Below, one piece after another: positions 58,689 to 64,000 of a stretch of 64,000 nucleotides of DNA. Numbering within the stretch: position 1 is the stretch's first letter; each line of letters starts with the position of its first letter. Source of the DNA: Nitrosopumilaceae archaeon (GTDB lineage Archaea; Thermoproteota; Nitrososphaeria; Nitrososphaerales; Nitrosopumilaceae); assembly GCA_965203465.1 (NCBI GenBank), contig CBDBCR010000001.1, positions 704,001-768,000 on the forward strand. The letters run 5' to 3'. A program made the position numbers and the translations under genes. Below the pieces are notes generated by a model. It ran no database searches. It was given only the letters and a program-made list of their open reading frames with translations, and was not told where the DNA came from.

Positions 58689-59288
58689 TCAGAGTTTGCG
58701 GAAATTCCTGAGCATGCTCGATATGGACGGATCCGGGAATTCGTCGGGCGGATAAGTCAGCACTTTCGTGAACAGTGGTTTTGTCACCTTCAGAACCAGG
58801 GCCAGAACCGCCATGCCTGCCAAATTGTTGAACAGCCTGAAGAATGCGGAGACGAGGCGCCCTTTGGGGCGCATGACGAGTATTATGACGTCCCGCGTCA
58901 TGTCGGGCGTATATCGTATCCGGAAGATTGGGCGAAACCCGAAAAAGTCGTGAAGCTTTATCGCCCTAGTGTTCTCTGGATTCCGCGACCCCGAAATGAA
59001 CGAGTAGCCCCTCTTGTCCGCCTCCTTGAGCATTTCTCCAAGGAGCCTTTTGCCCACTCCTTTTCCTTGGCACCTGTCGGCTATCTGGAGCGACGGCACG
59101 TTAAAGAGCCCGCCCACGCCGCACGCGCCGATGATCTCTTCCCCGTCTTCCTCCAGCACCAGAAACTTGCACGATTCCAAACTGCCCATCTGCTTGGAAA
59201 TGCCAGACTCTCTCATCCTGTCGATGATCTCTGCGTCGGTGTCCGCCGTTCTCACGGTGCCAAAACTCAGAGATCTGGATTTAAACAT
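58689..59288 (-). CDS. GNAT-family acetyltransferase
   Basis: QGKGVGKRLL acetyl-CoA motif, NTRAIKLH..FGF. Confidence 0.8.
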   Translation of the reverse strand: MFKSRSLSFGTVRTADTDAEIIDRMRESGISKQMGSLESCKFLVLEEDGEEIIGACGVGGLFNVPSLQIADRCQGKGVGKRLLGEMLKEADKRGYSFISGSRNPENTRAIKLHDFFGFRPIFRIRYTPDMTRDVIILVMRPKGRLVSAFFRLFNNLAGMAVLALVLKVTKPLFTKVLTYPPDEFPDPSISSMLRNFRKL

Positions 59289-59314
59289 ATGTTTGAACTT
59301 GCGAAAGGCGCTTT

Positions 59315-59703
59315 GTTTACATGAACGTCTCTGAGTACCTCAGGTGGCGCCCCACCATGGCTGGCACGCCGCAGACCTCTACCGCGCGCGCAGGATCCGC
59401 GCATTAGGCCCCGTCCATGCCCAGCGACTTTTCGACGAATACGCCCACCCCGGCCTCCGCGCAGGACTTGGCGATGGCCGCGTGCGAGCGCACCGGCGTG
59501 GCGATATACGCCGCGTCTATGCCGGGCAGCATGTCGCGGTAGTCGCGGTGCACCGGCGCCTTGGCCACGCTCTTGAGTATGCCCGAGACGGGCCGCTCCG
59601 GCTCTGCGAATCCTGTCATCTCCGATCCGTCCAGCGAGTTGAGCATCGCCGTGCGCAGTAGCCCCATCTTGCCCGTGCCTATCACACCCACCCTGATCCG
59701 CCC
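59315..59703 (-). pseudogene. Gfo/Idh/MocA oxidoreductase N-terminal remnant
   Basis: RIRVGVIGTGKMG...DAAYIATP..SH...VFVEK, stop at 59404, then frameshifted ...PAMVG / HLRYSETF; no C-terminal domain. Confidence 0.75.
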
Positions 59704-59814
59704 AACGCGACCGGGGCTGGCGGGGGCGGCGACGATGCAGTTGGCGGCTCGTCAGGTTCCAAACCTGCAAGTGCCGCATGGACGCACGACAGGCGGGTTT
59801 AAAAGGGCGCGATT

Positions 59815-62800
59815 GTGCCGACCATCGTGCGCGAGCTGTTCGTCACCGATCTTGCAAAAAGCCTGCTGGGCCCGCGCGACGGCCCGCACGAAGAACTGGC
59901 GCAATCCCAGTCGCCGTTTTACGAGTACGTGACTGGAATGCTGGCGCCGGAAGGTCAGGATCAGAGCGAAAACCGCCAAGAATTGGCGGGAGGCGGCCAC
60001 CTGCCGGCAGACGCCCCGATTTCGCACAAAGACGACGAAGGCGCCGACAGCGGCGAGGATCTGTCGCCGGGCACGGCTTCCCCCTCAATCGATCCATCGA
60101 GAATTCCGTCATCCATGGGGTTGTCGTTTTACGTATCCGCAGAGCAGGACGGGCCAAGGTTCGACGTGTGCCTGACGTGGGCCAAATACGTAAAAAACGA
60201 CGAAGGGTGGAAGAGGTGCCCGCGCCGCGCGGTCGCCTCTTCCATGGGGCTGGACGAAAAATTCAGCTACGACATGGAAGGCCGCCTGACTACAGCCGAT
60301 GCGGAAGTCGAGCTTTCTTCAAAACACACCCCGATAGGAAAAGGCAAATACCACGTGAGCATGTTTATGAAGAACGTGTCGAGCGAAAAGAAAAAAGAGC
60401 AGACTATTTTTCAGGCCCAGATTCGAGTCGTGTGCGCGCCGGGAACCGCGTTAATACCGGCAGAAGATTCCCACCACGCCCAAGCAAGCGATCCGGAAGA
60501 CGCGTTCGCGTACAGGAAAAAACCGAGCTACGGCAAGGGCCACATGACCTCGGTCGTGTGGTCTAGAATAGACCCGGAGCAGGTGCCTCCGGACATCCCG
60601 CAAGAGTACTCGCGGTGCGCCGCGCAGCCGCCGTTTGCGTGGGCCGACGAATCGCTGCTGGAGCCGGGCGACGCCGAAAAATTCAGAAAACCCCACATCA
60701 GGACGGAGTTTCTTCCAATGCTGTCCGTCCCGTCTCCCGAGACCGGCTGGGACGGCCGTTTAGGCCAGTCCCCCGTCCTTAAGGCCGCAGATCTGGCCGA
60801 AATGTACGATCCAGACAAGCTGCGCGAGGCCCTGTCCCCAGTTTCCGACGAATACAAAAAGTGGATAGGCCGCATGGACGCAGAAAAGGACGGGCAAAAC
60901 GACGCGCATGTATCCAGAATACAGGAGGAGTGCAGGGCGGTTCTTTCAAGAATCGAGGGCGGCATAGAGAGGCTCGCAAGCGACGAGAACGCCAGGCTCG
61001 CGTTCTGCTTTGCCAACAAGGCAGTCGACCTGGCCTACCGGTGGCCGAAAACTCAGGCGGCGCGCGACGGCATGGAGTACAGGCCGTTCCAGCTGGCCTT
61101 TGCGCTCATGTCGCTCGACTCTGTAATAGACCCGTCGTCTCCCCACCGCGACACGTGCGACATGCTGTGGGTTCCCACGGCCGCGGGCAAGACGGAGGCG
61201 TACCTCGTGCTGGCCGCGCTTTCGATGGCCCACAGGAGGCTGAGAGAGACCGAGGAGGGCAAGTCCGGCGCCGGCGTCGACGTGCTGAGCAGGTACACGC
61301 TGCGCCTTTTGACCATGCAGCAGTTCAAGAGGACGCTCAAGATGATCTGCGCCGCAGAATCGTTGAGGGTGGACAACCTGCCCGCGGGCGCCGGGGCGCC
61401 CGTAGGGTGGCGGCCGCCGGGCTGTTGCAACGAACGAGACTTTCTGTGGGGATCGGCGCCGTTTTCGCTGGGCCTCTGGGTGGGCGGCACCGTCACACCC
61501 AACCGCCTGAAAGACGGCGGGCGGAACAGCCGGATAAAGGGGGCCATTTCTATACTCCAGTCGGGCCGCGCGGGAGAGAACGGAGATCCGGCCCAAGTGA
61601 TCACCTGCCCGGCGTGCGATGGCCTGATGGCCGTGATCGAAAAGGGGCTCGCCGCGTCCAAAAAACACGTCCTGCCGTGGGTGGTCAAGACCGACGCCGA
61701 CCTTGCGAGCCTCCGGGCCGTGCCGATCGGGCGCGGCGACGTGGGAACCGACTCGTTCAACGTGGATTTTGACGAGCTGCCCAACGCCAAATACAAGATC
61801 TTGCGCGCAGAGTTTTCGCTCTCGTACCCTGCCGGCAGCGTAAAAGTAGATTCCATCTGGAAGGCGGTCTCAGAGGCGTTCGAGTCGCGCGGCATGCGCT
61901 TGGAACTGGCGTGCATGTCGCCTGCGCGCCCCGGCTACTTTGCCAGAAGGTACGCGGCCGCCATGTCGGGGCTGCAAGAGTACGATTTTGACGTGGTCTG
62001 CCCGGGCAAGGACTGCCCGTTGGGCTCGGACTGGATGGGCGGTGCAGAGTACGGCCGGGTGGCAGACACTGCCCCTAGCCCGGCACTGCCGCCGGCAGAG
62101 CCGGGCGAGGCCGAATGGAGCGACGGCAACCGTCCGATCGAGGCGCTGCCGTGCTTTGCCAAGTCCGCACACGTATCGTGCCGCGTGCCGATCACCGCCA
62201 TGACAGTCGACGATCAGATATATCGACACGCGCCGACCGTGGTGATCGCCACGGTGGACAAGTTCGCGCGGCTCCCGTTCGAGCCGCAGGCCGGAATCCT
62301 GTTCGGCAACGCCGAGTGGCTCCACCACCTCCACGGGTACTACAGGCTGGCAAAAGAACACCCAAATCCGCACGGCCGGCCCGAGCGCCTGTACGACAAG
62401 GTGCCCCTGACGCGGAGGCTGGCCCCGCCGTCGCTCATAATACAGGACGAACTTCACCTCATCGAGGGGCCGCTCGGTAGCCTCGTGGGGCTGTACGAGG
62501 CCTGCATCGACTTTCTCTCGTCGGGCAAGGCAGCCAGGGCGAAATACGTGGCCGCTACGGCCACCACAAAGAACGGGAAAGACCAGGTAAGGTCGCTCTT
62601 TGACAGGGATCTGCAGGTGTTCCCGCCGGCGGGGCCGGACGTGTCGAACAGGTTTTTCGTGCGCGAGGCGCAATACGCGCATCCGGCGCTTGACGCCGAG
62701 GCCGGGCGCCTCTACATGGGAATGCTCGCGCCGGGCGGGGGCACCCTGACCCCGCTGGTCCGGGCATGGGCCAGGATGGCGCAGACCGGGCACTTAGCCA

Positions 62801-63714
62801 GAAAGTCCGGCGCGCCCGACATTGACGACTTTTGGACGGTGACCGGCTACTTTAACACGATCAGGGATCTGGCCGGCGCCAGGGCGCTGTACATGCAGGA
62901 CATCCCCGTATGGATACGGCAGATAGACCCCGACGATCCCAGGAACATACCGGACACGAGGGTTGAAGAGCTGTCGGGGCGCATGAAGTCGTCAGAAATA
63001 CCGGCCACGCTTGAGATTCTGGAGCGCGAATTCGCCGCCGACGGGTTGCTGACCACGTCGATGTTCGGGACCGGGGTGGACATAAGCCGGATAGGCGCCA
63101 TGGTGGTGGTCGGGCAGCCAAAGACCTCCTCGTCGTACATACAGTCCACCGGGCGCGTGGGCAGGAAGCGAGGCGGCCTCGTGCTCGTGTTTTACCGAGC
63201 CTCGCGGCCGCGCGACCTGAGCCACTACGAGTATTTCGGACGCAACCATGTCCAGCTCCACCGGACCGTCGAGCCGCCCACCGTGAGCCCGTTTTCAAGC
63301 GGAACCATGGACAGGTGCCTGGGCCCGGTGATGGTGGGCATGCTCAGAAACAAGCGTCGGCGCGGCGGCGCGGACTGGGTACTCGACGAGTCCGCCTCGC
63401 TGCCAGCCTCAATGCCAGCCTCGGGGGAGGCTGACGTGGAGGAGGTGATAGGCTACCTCACAGACCGCTCGCAGTCGCAGCCGGACGGCGCTCGGCCCGA
63501 CCGCGCCGACGTGGAAGGCAGGGCCAGAGCCTGCATGAAACGCTGGAAAGAGATCGCCGCGGGCGGCAGCATCGAGTACGTAGAGTACAACAGGGCGGAT
63601 TCCGCTGTCGTGCTGGGAGACCACCTGCACGAGTCACGCGGCATGGGCGTGGTGTTCGACAGCGCGCCGCAGTCGCTGCGCGACGTAGAGGGGGAGGCGG
63701 GATTCGGGGGTTGA
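59815..63714 (+). CDS. drmA: DrmA-like SF2 helicase, copy 2
   Basis: YRPFQ, PTAAGKTEAY, IQDELH, ATAT, YIQSTGRVGR, QSLRDVE; collinear but diverged paralogue of 34909-38742. Confidence 0.88.
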   Translation: MPTIVRELFVTDLAKSLLGPRDGPHEELAQSQSPFYEYVTGMLAPEGQDQSENRQELAGGGHLPADAPISHKDDEGADSGEDLSPGTASPSIDPSRIPSSMGLSFYVSAEQDGPRFDVCLTWAKYVKNDEGWKRCPRRAVASSMGLDEKFSYDMEGRLTTADAEVELSSKHTPIGKGKYHVSMFMKNVSSEKKKEQTIFQAQIRVVCAPGTALIPAEDSHHAQASDPEDAFAYRKKPSYGKGHMTSVVWSRIDPEQVPPDIPQEYSRCAAQPPFAWADESLLEPGDAEKFRKPHIRTEFLPMLSVPSPETGWDGRLGQSPVLKAADLAEMYDPDKLREALSPVSDEYKKWIGRMDAEKDGQNDAHVSRIQEECRAVLSRIEGGIERLASDENARLAFCFANKAVDLAYRWPKTQAARDGMEYRPFQLAFALMSLDSVIDPSSPHRDTCDMLWVPTAAGKTEAYLVLAALSMAHRRLRETEEGKSGAGVDVLSRYTLRLLTMQQFKRTLKMICAAESLRVDNLPAGAGAPVGWRPPGCCNERDFLWGSAPFSLGLWVGGTVTPNRLKDGGRNSRIKGAISILQSGRAGENGDPAQVITCPACDGLMAVIEKGLAASKKHVLPWVVKTDADLASLRAVPIGRGDVGTDSFNVDFDELPNAKYKILRAEFSLSYPAGSVKVDSIWKAVSEAFESRGMRLELACMSPARPGYFARRYAAAMSGLQEYDFDVVCPGKDCPLGSDWMGGAEYGRVADTAPSPALPPAEPGEAEWSDGNRPIEALPCFAKSAHVSCRVPITAMTVDDQIYRHAPTVVIATVDKFARLPFEPQAGILFGNAEWLHHLHGYYRLAKEHPNPHGRPERLYDKVPLTRRLAPPSLIIQDELHLIEGPLGSLVGLYEACIDFLSSGKAARAKYVAATATTKNGKDQVRSLFDRDLQVFPPAGPDVSNRFFVREAQYAHPALDAEAGRLYMGMLAPGGGTLTPLVRAWARMAQTGHLARKSGAPDIDDFWTVTGYFNTIRDLAGARALYMQDIPVWIRQIDPDDPRNIPDTRVEELSGRMKSSEIPATLEILEREFAADGLLTTSMFGTGVDISRIGAMVVVGQPKTSSSYIQSTGRVGRKRGGLVLVFYRASRPRDLSHYEYFGRNHVQLHRTVEPPTVSPFSSGTMDRCLGPVMVGMLRNKRRRGGADWVLDESASLPASMPASGEADVEEVIGYLTDRSQSQPDGARPDRADVEGRARACMKRWKEIAAGGSIEYVEYNRADSAVVLGDHLHESRGMGVVFDSAPQSLRDVEGEAGFGG

Positions 63715-64000
63715 CCGAAGGGATAAGGCCCTCGCAGTTCGTGACCGTGTACGGGCCTGGCACGATACTCGAGACGACAAGCGGCCCCGTCGTGATACCG
63801 ACCCCGGATACGGGGCTTTTTGCTGGTCAAACGGATCTCTTGCCCGCAGACTACTCCGTGGACAGGGTACTCGAGCGCATGGTATCTGAGATACACAGCA
63901 AGGACGGCGCCGACCGCAACATCGGGATATTCCGGGTTCCGGTCAACGCCGAACTCGGGCTAGAATCCGAACGCGTCATATACAAGACGATTCCGTTCTC
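63711..64000 (+). CDS. drmB: DrmB-like protein, copy 2 (5' part, cut by the window end)
   Basis: TTGA overlap; MTEGIRPSQFVTVYGPGTILE..GPVVIP..D.GLF matches the N-terminus of 33095-34912. Confidence 0.8.
   Translation, partial: MTEGIRPSQFVTVYGPGTILETTSGPVVIPTPDTGLFAGQTDLLPADYSVDRVLERMVSEIHSKDGADRNIGIFRVPVNAELGLESERVIYKTIPF

Noticed and set aside
1-64000. tRNA, rRNA, integrase or intact prophage genes
   Set aside because: None recognised by eye; tRNAscan-SE/Infernal would be needed to exclude small RNAs.

Overview
64-kb, GC-rich window that reads as archaeal: AT-rich TATA-like boxes lie about 22-27 bp upstream of mostly leaderless GTG/TTG/ATG starts, and one protein carries a Nitrososphaerota-type Ig-like domain. 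A thaumarchaeal host is my inference, not proven. The window is almost entirely a defence/accessory island. It holds a DUF2130 protein, three HEPN-type proteins, two near-identical orphan Type ISP R-M C-terminal cassettes (1.8-kb direct repeat), a YwbE-AlbA fusion, a GmrSD-like DUF262 nuclease, an SDH/ClpP-like protease, a TIR-Ig-STAND (Avs-like) protein, SIR2-like, GIY-YIG-like and GHKL-zincin genes, a DUF5131/TcmP pair, a Ubl-E1-DUF6527 ubiquitin-like operon, two outward-facing drmA-drmB (DISARM-like) pairs, a KAP NTPase and an OLD nuclease cassette. The best candidate for an undescribed system is a translationally coupled five-gene operon (SIS-HAD, PRTase-like, ORC/CDC6-like ATPase, CARF/Rossmann-like, PfkB kinase; 39266-46235) divergent from drmAB. 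The right part contains an eroding surface-glycan/type III PKS-like cluster. Non-coding structure includes a 105-bp MITE with a 9-bp TSD, IS66 and IS5-like remnants, an orphan two-repeat CRISPR relic, a 23-bp direct repeat bracketing the OLD cassette, and a dispersed CTAGGCACG motif. No rRNA or tRNA genes were recognised. All family calls come from recalled motifs; no database searches were run.
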